DNA of 38,122 nucleotides from a virus (Duplodnaviria; Heunggongvirae; Uroviricota; Caudoviricetes): IMG/VR virus record IMGVR_UViG_2734482790_000003; one strand, 5' to 3'. Shown piece by piece: positions 9,803 to 18,727 of this stretch (position 1 is its first letter; each line of letters starts with the position of its first letter). The notes under the pieces were generated by a model. It saw only the letters and a program-made list of their open reading frames with translations, ran no database searches and was not told where the DNA came from. The position numbers and the translations under genes were made by a program.

Positions 9803-10857
9803 CTCGAGCCTCCCAGATAGCACGTGATAATGTTATTCATTACCGGAAAATCAACATTTCTTCCCGGCCGATAAATAATCTCTACGTTTGAGTAATCCCG
9901 AAATTTCTCCATAAAGCCGTTAACACTGGCCTCATCGAAAGCAAAGATCAGTAGCTTCAGGGTGGCGTTGCGCAGGGCTTTTTTAGTTATCGTTTCAATG
10001 TGCTCATCAGCAAACGAGAACCCAAAGACAATTAGTAAAGTTGCTTCTTTATCAAGCTCGTTGGAATAGGTTCTCAGTAAATCATAATAAACGTTCTGTA
10101 GTAGAGTCTCTTTAAACTTCTCCTTACGTGGAAGAATAAGTGCATGAGCAAGTACCCATCCTTTCATTTCGGCTAGGGTGGGAAAGTCAAGCGGCTTAAT
10201 ATCTGCAATACGATAAATGATTTTCCCTTTAGAATGCTGCCAAGAGAGCGAACCATGAAGTTTTATAAGGTTAACAGTAGGAAGCTCAACTTTATAATTA
10301 TACAGATTTCCGGTTGCACTTACAGAATGATTAAAGCTACCCGCATCAAATTCCGCATCTCCCAAAATACTTGCTCTTCTATTGAATCCATCATTAAAAA
10401 GAATATTGTTATTACGTGTGGCAGCTTCTTCGATGAATAAATCATAATTAGTTGTAAAAACGTTAATACGCCTCGGAAGTAGGCCAGTTCGGCGGCGGGT
10501 CAGTATCTTTTCCAGTGAAGACATAAATGCATCATAATTTGCACGGGTACATTCCAAATCGGTGATCACCTGAGGTGCGAAGGGGGTGCCGTAGCCGCGC
10601 TTCAACATGCATTCATGAGGTAGCCAAACATCTGACAAAAAGTCAGCTGCCATCCTTAAGTATTCATCTTCCTGTTCATCATTAATAAGCTGCTGAAGAT
10701 CCGTTTCGATTGTCCCCAGTACTTTAATCGCTGGGAGGGATGCACCTGATCCGATGAGAAAGTTAATGTTAGCTGACTGAAATATCCGCTCTAAGTAGTC
10801 TCGGTCACTATCGTTACCGTAGTATGCGCGCTTGACTGCCATCTTATCCTTCCACAA
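9799..10857 (-). CDS. SIR2-like NADase-domain protein (SIR2-HerA defence system)
   Basis: Rossmann N-terminus FLIGSGAS, TTNYD motif, and HG motif (KLHGSLSW), as in defence-type SIR2 domains. Translationally coupled to herA. Confidence 0.75.
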   Translation of the reverse strand: MWKDKMAVKRAYYGNDSDRDYLERIFQSANINFLIGSGASLPAIKVLGTIETDLQQLINDEQEDEYLRMAADFLSDVWLPHECMLKRGYGTPFAPQVITDLECTRANYDAFMSSLEKILTRRRTGLLPRRINVFTTNYDLFIEEAATRNNNILFNDGFNRRASILGDAEFDAGSFNHSVSATGNLYNYKVELPTVNLIKLHGSLSWQHSKGKIIYRIADIKPLDFPTLAEMKGWVLAHALILPRKEKFKETLLQNVYYDLLRTYSNELDKEATLLIVFGFSFADEHIETITKKALRNATLKLLIFAFDEASVNGFMEKFRDYSNVEIIYRPGRNVDFPVMNNIITCYLGGSR

Positions 10858-11266
10858 AACATTGGATTAGTCTGTAATTTATTTAATCTTAACGCCGAGC
10901 TCAATACTTTAACATCACTTCTTCTGGCGATTGCTATGAGCCCTTCTTGATAAAAAGTTCGATCGGGAAACTGATCCTTTATGCCACAAGTTTTCTAGCT
11001 ATCCTCAAAAAATTGGTGTTAAAACTGTGCCAACAAAGTTGCAAGGTTCGCTTCTCGCTCACAGCGAACTTTCATCTTTGTAAACCCGTATGATTCGCTT
11101 TTCAGCAGTCATTCAGATACGGATTTACGCTTCCCTTGGCAGCGCATGACTATGACGCATGAGATCGCATGATCGTTTGAGGATCGTTTTTGCTGAAGTC
11201 AGCCAGAACTGGCGTGCTTTTGCTTATGTCATGCAGGTGCATGAAAACCACTACATAAAGCGGGCA

Positions 11267-11285
11267 GGCGTGGCGGGGATACGAG
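11267..11285. other. cos-like motif (candidate cohesive-end site)
   Basis: GGCGTGGCGGGGATACGAG: the first 13 nt match the 19-nt cohesive end I recall for phage 186 (GGCGTGGCGGGGAAAGCAT), 15/19 overall. Lies in the 580-bp intergenic region between gene A and Q, where P2-family cos is expected. Confidence 0.35.
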
Positions 11286-11437
11286 CGCGCGCTAAGTCAT
11301 ATAAGAGTTATATATTGATTTGATTGCTGGACATGCATACAGTATCGCTCTATCATCTAATAAATCTTAGAGTATTTGACAATGTTTGGATAAAATGGAA
11401 CCTAACTTATTCATAATCCGCTAAACAGGGATGTCAG

Positions 11438-12352
11438 ATGCCATACCAATTGGTAGAGCTTAGCCCCGTAGCTAACGATCTTGAACAGTTAGGAACCAAA
11501 GAGAAGTTTTGGTTCTATTTCTCCGATGACACTGTAAATTTGCAGTTGTTTAAGTACTCTAGGCCAGGTACTGGCGAGCATTGGTCTGAAAAGTGTGCTG
11601 CTGAGTTATGTCATTTGCTTAACATTCCACATGCTAGCTATGATTTGGCGCGATACAATGGTCGATTCGGTGTGGTGACTCAGAATATCATTCCATCTGG
11701 TTTCCGGATGGTAATGGGAAATGAAGTGCTTCACAGTTCGACATTCGATTATCCTGGGCCTTTACAAGCCGGGGAAAAGCCGGTAAGGGTCAGAGAACAC
11801 ACTGTCACAAGGGTATTGGGTTGTTTAGATAGGGAATCTATCAAGCCTCCTCCGAGTGTATATGATCTAACCGGGCTAAATGCAGCAGATGTATTTTGTG
11901 GATATTTGATGCTCGATGCACTTGTGAGTAATCAAGATCGCCATCATGAAAATTGGGCGATCATGCTTAACAATGAAACTGGTGAGCAGTTTTTGTGTCC
12001 AACATACGATCATGCCGCTAGTTTAGGAAGGGAGATGTTAGATGATGAGCGTAACGAACGGCTTAATACTAAAGATAAAAATCGACAAATCCCATGTTTT
12101 GTAAGAAAAGCTCGCTCTGAGCTATTCAAAGCAAAAACTGATAAAAAGCCCTTGCTGACCGTTGAAGCATTTCAACATGCAGTTGAAGGGAGAGTTGCCG
12201 CTCGCGACCATTGGTTAGGTAAGTTGAGCGTTTTAACAGAAGATTCCATTACAGATGTGTTTAACCAAGTGCCTTCATCGTGTATATCCGACAGTGCACG
12301 TAGATTTGCAACGTTAATGGTAATGGAAAATCGCAGAAGGTTACTAGAATGA
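11438..12352 (+). CDS. HipA-like Ser/Thr kinase core lacking the N-terminal subdomain (HipT-like)
   Basis: P-loop-like GTKEKF near the N-terminus, catalytic-loop SNQDRHHENW (cf. HipA D-x-H-x-K-N) and PTYDHAAS (Mg-binding Asp). 304 aa, about 130 aa shorter than HipA. Confidence 0.7.
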   Translation: MPYQLVELSPVANDLEQLGTKEKFWFYFSDDTVNLQLFKYSRPGTGEHWSEKCAAELCHLLNIPHASYDLARYNGRFGVVTQNIIPSGFRMVMGNEVLHSSTFDYPGPLQAGEKPVRVREHTVTRVLGCLDRESIKPPPSVYDLTGLNAADVFCGYLMLDALVSNQDRHHENWAIMLNNETGEQFLCPTYDHAASLGREMLDDERNERLNTKDKNRQIPCFVRKARSELFKAKTDKKPLLTVEAFQHAVEGRVAARDHWLGKLSVLTEDSITDVFNQVPSSCISDSARRFATLMVMENRRRLLE

Positions 12353-13089
12353 CTAATACAAACTCCGTTTACGTCGCATGGCAGGCACCAGATACCAGAG
12401 ACTGGCATGTTGTTGGTAACTTGCAAGAGCGCAAATCGGGGTATGTTTTCAGGTATACCAAAGGTGCTCTTAAATCTACTAAATTTACAAAGTTTAGCGG
12501 CATGAGTGATGTTCGTGAAACTTATGTTTCGGAAGAATTGTTTCCTCTTTTTAAAAATCGCCTTTTATCACCGAGACGTCCAGAGTATCCGAGTTTCATT
12601 AAATGGCTTGGATTTGAAGAAGATAAGGTAAATCCTATCGATATTCTTGCTCGCTCGGGAGGCTTACGAAGCACTGATCAGCTGCAGATTTTCAAAAAAA
12701 TTGATGTTGATTCTGATGGTAACTTTGAGCATTTTTTCTTCTTACATGGACTTGGTTACTTAAATAGCTTAGCTAATGCTCGTGTATCTGAATTGAAACC
12801 GGGGCAAATTTTGCGTCTTTGCTTGGATCTTCAAAATGAATACGATGGGGATGCTGTTGTCGTTCGTGCAGATAAACCAGCTGAAATCGTTGGTTACTGC
12901 CCTAGGTATTTAAGTAATGATATCAAGAAGATGTTATTGGATGATCCAAAATCAATCACTTTAACGGTCGAAAAGATTAGCGATGATGCTCCTCATAACT
13001 ATCGGTTATTATGTAAATTATCAGGAGTACTAAGCCAAGCCTGTCAATCGACGCTGATTCCTCAGGATGAGTTTGAACCTATTGAGTAA
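12349..13089 (+). CDS. HipA N-subdomain-like (HipS-like) protein fused to a C-terminal HIRAN-like domain
   Basis: N-terminus resembles HipA N-subdomain 1 (VGNLQERKSGYVFRY; FPLFKNRLLSP; NPIDILARSGGLRSTDQLQIF). C-terminus resembles HIRAN (LKPGQILRLCLDLQNEYDGDAVVVRADKPAEIVGYCPRYLS). ATGA overlap with the kinase gene. Confidence 0.65.
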   Translation: MTNTNSVYVAWQAPDTRDWHVVGNLQERKSGYVFRYTKGALKSTKFTKFSGMSDVRETYVSEELFPLFKNRLLSPRRPEYPSFIKWLGFEEDKVNPIDILARSGGLRSTDQLQIFKKIDVDSDGNFEHFFFLHGLGYLNSLANARVSELKPGQILRLCLDLQNEYDGDAVVVRADKPAEIVGYCPRYLSNDIKKMLLDDPKSITLTVEKISDDAPHNYRLLCKLSGVLSQACQSTLIPQDEFEPIE

Positions 13090-13095
13090 ATGAAG

Positions 13096-13122
13096 AAAAG
13101 CCACCAAACGGTGGCTTTTCTT
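13096..13122. terminator. Bidirectional rho-independent terminator
   Basis: AAAAG-GCCACC-AAAC-GGTGGC-TTTTCTT: perfect 6-bp GC-rich stem flanked by an A tract and a T tract, between the convergent HIRAN gene and Q. Confidence 0.6.
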
Positions 13123-13123
13123 A

Positions 13124-14164
13124 TTATGGGACTATATCTAGCGAGTAGGTATTAAACTGTATCGCCTCCTTGCCAAGCCAATCATTCATCTCCTGTAATC
13201 GCTTTTGTAGTGGCATTAGCTCATTTCGGACGAATACACGGCTTGCCTTCTCCACATCCCCAAACCCCCCAACATTATTCGGCATAATCCCCATCATTTG
13301 CGGCGGCACACGATGCGCCGCCATCATGTCGTCCCGGCTTACGTTCTTGATGTTCAGAAACTCATCCTTTGCCGCCACTTCTGACAGCGGGATGATCTGA
13401 AGCCCGTCCTTTTTGCCGTTAGGCGAGTACATAAACAGGTTGCGGAAGTTGCCCGGACCTTTGGCGCTTTTCATCGCGTTGCGGAGGTTGTTCACATCCT
13501 CCTGGTTCTGAGCGGCATCGGTCATGTACATTATGAATCCTGCATGGCTGCCATTAATATAATATTTGCGTCGGAACAGCGTGGCGGACTCGTTGAGCAG
13601 GGCTGACGGAATGGCAGAAAGATAGCCGGGCAGGCCGTAGATCTCCTGGTTGATATCGGGTTCCATCAGATGAAAGATGCTGCCTTTCGTGAACTGATAC
13701 GGCTGGGTTGTCATACCGTATTGCACAAACCAGTAGGTATCCAGGTCTAACCCGCGTCGGGTGTATTTTGCCAGAGCAGGCTCAAGGGCGATAATTTCAC
13801 CGAACCGGTTCGTGCGTTTCTCCAGGTAGGCGTTACCAAATACCAGATAGTCCTGCACAAAACGTGAAAAAGCCTGCTGGCTGAGCAGCGGGTGAGGGAT
13901 GTAGGTGCTGGTCAGAATGTTGCATTTCACCGCAATCGGTGAGCTATGATGCACGGCGGCGCGGAAGGTTCGCGCCAGTCCGTCGAAACTCACTGGTGGC
14001 TCATACCAGCGGTCCATCTGTACGCATTCCACATAATCCAGTAATTCGCGGCGGTCCAGAACAGGAACGGGATCGCCGAAGCTGAATGCTTCGGCTGAAG
14101 TCTGACTTTTATGCTGGATCTGATTCATCGCCGCTGCGCGGTTTTTCTTACGCTTTCCCATCAA
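13124..14164 (-). CDS. Q: Portal protein (P2 gpQ family)
   Basis: 346 aa; size, position and orientation match P2 Q. Stop overlaps the terminase start. Confidence 0.85.
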   Translation of the reverse strand: MMGKRKKNRAAAMNQIQHKSQTSAEAFSFGDPVPVLDRRELLDYVECVQMDRWYEPPVSFDGLARTFRAAVHHSSPIAVKCNILTSTYIPHPLLSQQAFSRFVQDYLVFGNAYLEKRTNRFGEIIALEPALAKYTRRGLDLDTYWFVQYGMTTQPYQFTKGSIFHLMEPDINQEIYGLPGYLSAIPSALLNESATLFRRKYYINGSHAGFIMYMTDAAQNQEDVNNLRNAMKSAKGPGNFRNLFMYSPNGKKDGLQIIPLSEVAAKDEFLNIKNVSRDDMMAAHRVPPQMMGIMPNNVGGFGDVEKASRVFVRNELMPLQKRLQEMNDWLGKEAIQFNTYSLDIVP

Positions 14165-15927
14165 AAAATCTCCACAATATTACTGGTATTGGCGGACTCG
14201 CCTTGCAGTGGTTCGTTAAACAGTGCGTGCATTGTTGCCCAGGCCAGATCGGCGTGGCTGGCTTCTTCGCTGCGGCTGGCTTCATAGGTCGGGCGGTTGC
14301 CACTGGCGGTGGTGGCGCGACGGATTGCCATAAATGACTGCGCTATGTCGGTGTGTCCGGCGTCAAACTCCAGACGGCGGTGGCTGATAATGTCGTAGGC
14401 CTTGAGTACCAGAGCGTTTTTAACGTTGGGGTTGTAGACAAACTCCCGGACGGCAGGAAAGAACGCTTTCACGTTCTCATAAACCCCGTGACCGACGCCT
14501 GTCGAGTCAATGCCGATATAGGTCACGTTGTACTGCTCGGTCAGTTTTTTGATTGCATCAGCCTGGGCGCGGAAGTCCATCCCGCGCCACTGGTGACGCT
14601 CAAGAATGCGAAACTTACCGCCTGGCACGGCTGGCGGTGCCACCACCACGCATCCGGCGCTGTCGCCGTTCTGCGTACCTTTTGCCGGGTCATAACCGAT
14701 CCACACCTCGCGCCAGCCAAACGGGCGCAGGGCCAGTGCATGAAAGTCGGTCCAGACTTCCCAACTGTCCACCATGCACGCCTGCAGTTCGCTGAGCGGG
14801 AACACGGACGCGAGATCGTCCACGAACTCGCACATTAGCAGGTTCTGGTATTCGTCCGGGCTGTACTCCATGCGTAGCTGGTCGAGGTCGAACAGGTTAC
14901 AGCCGCCGCGCACCGCATCTTCCACGGTGACTATCTGGCGGTATTGCCCGTCTGCGCACAGCAGGCCGGGGGCCAGATTGTTGTGGGACAGGTCGATGTC
15001 CACCTTATCGGCTTTGTTGCGCCCACGGTTAAACAGCGCACCGGACCAGAACGGATAAGCACTGTGTGTCAGGCTGGATGGCGTGGAAAAATAGGTTTGT
15101 CGCCATTTTTTGTGAATAGCCATACCGGAAGCCACTTTGCGCAGCTCCTGGAATTTCGGTATCCAGAAATATTCATCCAGATACAGGTTGCCGTGGTAAC
15201 TCTGGGCCGTGCGGGCATTGGTGCCGAGGAAGTAAAGCGTGGCCCCGTTGGGAAGCACCATCGGATCGCCTTTCAGCTCCACCTCCACTTCTTTGGCGAA
15301 GTCGATGATGTACTGTTTAAAGACGTGGGCCTGTGCCTTACTGGCGGAAAGGAAAATCTGGTTACGTCCGGTAAGCAGGGCGTCAATCAGGGCTTCACGG
15401 GCAAAGTAAAAGGTCGCGCCGATCTGGCGTGACTTCAGCAGGTTGCGGATGCGGTTGGTTTTTCCGGCTTCCCACCAGTGGCGCTGGTAGTTGAACATGG
15501 AGGAATGGAAAATTTCTTCCAGCTTCTCAATCTGTTCATCGGTGAAAACGTTCTTTTCCGGCTGACGGCGTGGGCCTTTGTTGCGGTTGGCGACGTTAGG
15601 GTTTAAGTCGGCTTCGTTGCCGCCATTGTTAAACTTGCCGATCCGCGCGTGGCGTTCCGACTGGCGCGCCAGCAGGTCAATCTCTTTGAAATCTTTCCCT
15701 TCTTTGTGCTCCTTCATAATGAGCTGGCAGTAGCGTGCGGCGGTGGTGAGCTGCATCTGATCCAGCGGCCCATAGTCACCCCACTTGTCGCGTTTTTTCC
15801 AGCTGTGAACGGTTGCAACTTTCTCGCCCAGCATTTCAGCAATGCGGGCTACGCGGTATCCCTGAAAGTACAGCAGCATGGCCTGCCGACGGGGATCGAG
15901 ATCTGCGGGTGTCAGTGTGGTGTTCAT
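14161..15927 (-). CDS. P: Terminase large (ATPase) subunit (P2 gpP family)
   Basis: 588 aa; position and size match P2 gpP. Divergent from the O-N-M-L operon. Confidence 0.85.
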   Translation of the reverse strand: MNTTLTPADLDPRRQAMLLYFQGYRVARIAEMLGEKVATVHSWKKRDKWGDYGPLDQMQLTTAARYCQLIMKEHKEGKDFKEIDLLARQSERHARIGKFNNGGNEADLNPNVANRNKGPRRQPEKNVFTDEQIEKLEEIFHSSMFNYQRHWWEAGKTNRIRNLLKSRQIGATFYFAREALIDALLTGRNQIFLSASKAQAHVFKQYIIDFAKEVEVELKGDPMVLPNGATLYFLGTNARTAQSYHGNLYLDEYFWIPKFQELRKVASGMAIHKKWRQTYFSTPSSLTHSAYPFWSGALFNRGRNKADKVDIDLSHNNLAPGLLCADGQYRQIVTVEDAVRGGCNLFDLDQLRMEYSPDEYQNLLMCEFVDDLASVFPLSELQACMVDSWEVWTDFHALALRPFGWREVWIGYDPAKGTQNGDSAGCVVVAPPAVPGGKFRILERHQWRGMDFRAQADAIKKLTEQYNVTYIGIDSTGVGHGVYENVKAFFPAVREFVYNPNVKNALVLKAYDIISHRRLEFDAGHTDIAQSFMAIRRATTASGNRPTYEASRSEEASHADLAWATMHALFNEPLQGESANTSNIVEIF

Positions 15928-15973
15928 GGCACAAACCTACAGCCTTGAATGAAGGCTTTCTCCGCCTGCGGTT

Positions 15974-15991
15974 TGTGTGGTTGTCGGTACA
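15974..15991. promoter_or_regulatory. Late-promoter activator dyad (Ogr/B-type TGT-N12-ACA)
   Basis: TGTGTGGTTGTCGGTACA in the P/O divergent intergenic region, about 80 bp upstream of O. Confidence 0.5.
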
Positions 15992-16069
15992 AATACCGCG
16001 CATTGTTTCACTGCCCCCATCACCGCAACCATAAGGCTCCAGTAAGTTTTTTCTAACGGAGCACGGCTC

Positions 16070-16903
16070 ATGACAGTGAAAGCAAAGCGTTTTCGCATCG
16101 GGGTGGAAGGTGCCACCACCGACGGACGCGAAATCCAGCGTGAATGGCTGGAACAGATGGCAGCCAGCTACAACCCGGCGGTGTATACCGCGCTGATTAA
16201 CCTTGAGCACATCAAGTCTTATCTGCCGGACAGCACCTTTAACCGCTACGGCAAGGTGACGGCGCTGTTTGCTGAAGAAATCACGGAAGGTCCGCTGGCA
16301 GGCAAGATGGCGCTGTATGCCGACGTTGAGCCAACAGAGTCCCTGGTGGAGTTGGTGAAAAAAGGCCAGAAATTATTCACCTCTATGGAAGTCAGCCCAA
16401 AGTTTGCTGATACGGGCAAAGCCTACCTGGTCGGGCTGGCTGCCACTGATGACCCTGCCAGTCTGGGCACTGAAATGCTGACATTCAGCGCCAGTGCAGC
16501 CCATAACCCGCTGGCAAACCGCAAGCAGAATCCCGCCAATCTCTTTACCGCCGCAGAGGAAACGGTGATCGAACTGGAAGAAATCCAGGAGGACAAGCCG
16601 TCCCTGTTTGCCCGCGTCACGGCGCTGTTCACCAAAAAAGAGCAGTCCGACGATGCCCGGTTCTCTGATGTGCATAAGGCCGTGGAGCTGGTCGCCACTG
16701 AGCAGCAGAACCTGAGCGCACGGACCGAAAAATCCCTGTCTGAGCAGGAAGAACGTCTGTCTGAGCTGGAGACTGCCCTGCAGGCACAGCAGACCGCCTT
16801 TAACGAACTGGTGAATAAGCTGAGTCATGAAGACAGCCGCCAGGACTACCGCCAGCGTGCAACAGGCGGTAACGCCCCCGCTGACACTCTGACCAATTGC
16901 TGA
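16070..16903 (+). CDS. O: Capsid scaffolding protein (P2 gpO family)
   Basis: 277 aa; position and size; C-terminal charged coiled-coil-like region. Confidence 0.8.
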   Translation: MTVKAKRFRIGVEGATTDGREIQREWLEQMAASYNPAVYTALINLEHIKSYLPDSTFNRYGKVTALFAEEITEGPLAGKMALYADVEPTESLVELVKKGQKLFTSMEVSPKFADTGKAYLVGLAATDDPASLGTEMLTFSASAAHNPLANRKQNPANLFTAAEETVIELEEIQEDKPSLFARVTALFTKKEQSDDARFSDVHKAVELVATEQQNLSARTEKSLSEQEERLSELETALQAQQTAFNELVNKLSHEDSRQDYRQRATGGNAPADTLTNC

Positions 16904-16919
16904 TGGAGCACAAAACCCG

Positions 16920-17978
16920 ATGAAGAAGAATACCCGCTTTGCTTTTAACGCTTACCTGCAGCAGCTGGCGCGTCTGAACGGTGTGGCAGTTGAAGAACTG
17001 TCCAGCAAGTTCACCGTAGAGCCGTCCGTGCAGCAGACGCTGGAAGACCAGATCCAGCAGTCCGCCGCTTTCCTGACGCTGATTAACGTCACGCCAGTGA
17101 CTGAGCAGTCCGGTCAGCTGCTGGGGTTGGGAGTTGGCAGCACCATTGCCGGAACCACTGATACCACCGCGAAAGAGCGTGAACCTGTCGATCCGACGCT
17201 GATGGTCGATGTGGAATATAAATGCGAGCAGACCAACTTTGACACGGTGCTGACCTACGCGAAGCTGGACCTGTGGGCGAAGTTTCAGGATTTTCAGGTG
17301 CGTATCCGTGACGCCATCGTGAAACGTCAGGCACTGGACCGCATCATGATCGGCTTTAACGGCGTGAAGCGTGCGAAAACCTCCAACCGTAGCGAAAACC
17401 CGCTACTGCAGGATGTGAATAAAGGCTGGCTGCAGAAAATCCGTGAGGATGCACCGGATCACGTCATGGGCAGCACCACCACGGGCGGTGAAACCACACC
17501 GGGCGCAGTGAAAGTCGGCAAAGGTGGCGAATATGCCAACCTGGACGCCGTGGTGATGGATGCCGTCAATGAGCTTATCGACGTGGTTTACCAGGACGAT
17601 GACGATCTGGTGGTGATTTGCGGTCGTGAACTGTTGTCTGACAAGTATTTCCCGCTGGTCAACAAAGAGCAGGAGAACAGTGAAAAACTGGCTGCAGATA
17701 TGATCATCAGCCAGAAACGCATGGGTGGCCTGCAGGCCGTGCGTGCGCCGTTCTTCCCGCCGAATGCGCTGCTGATCACCCGTCTGGATAACCTGTCCAT
17801 CTACTGGCAGGAAGACACTCGCCGCCGTTCAGTTATCGACAACCCGAAACGTGACCGGATTGAAAACTTTGAATCCGTTAACGAAGCCTATGTGGTTGAG
17901 GACTACCGCTGTGCCGCACTGGTGGAAAACATCCAGATTGGCGACTTCAGCGCCGCCGCAGCAGAAACCGGAGCGTAA
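16920..17978 (+). CDS. N: Major capsid protein (P2 gpN family)
   Basis: Strong similarity to P2 gpN across its length (TRFAFNAYL..., KFTVEPSVQQ..., LDLWAKFQDFQVRIRDAIVKRQ..., ISQKRMGGLQAVRAPFFP...). Confidence 0.9.
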   Translation: MKKNTRFAFNAYLQQLARLNGVAVEELSSKFTVEPSVQQTLEDQIQQSAAFLTLINVTPVTEQSGQLLGLGVGSTIAGTTDTTAKEREPVDPTLMVDVEYKCEQTNFDTVLTYAKLDLWAKFQDFQVRIRDAIVKRQALDRIMIGFNGVKRAKTSNRSENPLLQDVNKGWLQKIREDAPDHVMGSTTTGGETTPGAVKVGKGGEYANLDAVVMDAVNELIDVVYQDDDDLVVICGRELLSDKYFPLVNKEQENSEKLAADMIISQKRMGGLQAVRAPFFPPNALLITRLDNLSIYWQEDTRRRSVIDNPKRDRIENFESVNEAYVVEDYRCAALVENIQIGDFSAAAAETGA

Positions 17979-17981
17979 TTC

Positions 17982-18632
17982 ATGAGCCTGAGTCCCGCAC
18001 GGCAGCATCGCCTGCGCGTTCAGGCTGAACAGGCCGCCCGCGAGGGCGGCAGTGTTCGCCACGCGTCGGGCTATGACCTGATGCTGCTGCAACTGGCGGA
18101 AGACCGCCGCCGTCTCAAGGGCGTTCAGTCCACGGTCAAAAAAGCGGAAATCAAGGTGGAGCTGCTGCCGAAATACGCTGCCTGGGCAGAGGGTGTCCTG
18201 GCTGCCGGAGGCACTCAACAGGATGACGTGCTGATGTACGTGATGCTGTGGCGCATTGATGCCGGAGATTATGCCGGGGCGCTGGAGATCGGGCGTCATG
18301 CCCTGCGTCATGGCTGGGTGATGCCACTGGGTAATCGCAATGTGCAGACCGTGCTGGCAGAGGAAATGGCAGACGCGGCGCAGAGCGCAATGCTTGCCGC
18401 CACCGGCTTTGATGCCGATCTGTTGCTGCAGACGCTGGAGCTGACAGACGGTCTGGATATGCCGGACCAGTCACGGGCGCGTCTGCATAAAGCGATTGGC
18501 GCTGTCCTGAGTGAAAGCAACCCGGCTTCCGCCCTTAATCATCTCAACCATGCGTTACAGCTCGATCCCCGCTGTGGCGTGAAAAAAGACAAACAGCAGC
18601 TGGAGCGCAGACTGCGCAATGACAGCCGCTGA
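17982..18632 (+). CDS. M: Terminase small (endonuclease) subunit (P2 gpM family)
   Basis: Similarity to P2 gpM (DDVLMYVMLWRIDAGDYAGALEIGRHAL..., LELTDGLDMPDQSRARLHK...). Confidence 0.85.
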   Translation: MSLSPARQHRLRVQAEQAAREGGSVRHASGYDLMLLQLAEDRRRLKGVQSTVKKAEIKVELLPKYAAWAEGVLAAGGTQQDDVLMYVMLWRIDAGDYAGALEIGRHALRHGWVMPLGNRNVQTVLAEEMADAAQSAMLAATGFDADLLLQTLELTDGLDMPDQSRARLHKAIGAVLSESNPASALNHLNHALQLDPRCGVKKDKQQLERRLRNDSR

Positions 18633-18727
18633 CAGAACGTGCCCCCGCGCACGGGCGGCACGGGGTGGCGAAAGGCACTGCCACATCAAAACCCCGTCCA
18701 CCGCCCTCTATTTCAGGAGAAAGCAGC

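Noticed and set aside
11376-11396. TTGACA ... TAAAAT as a sigma-70 promoter for the kinase gene
   Set aside because: Spacer is only about 9 bp, so the two hexamers cannot function together; the true promoter is unresolved.
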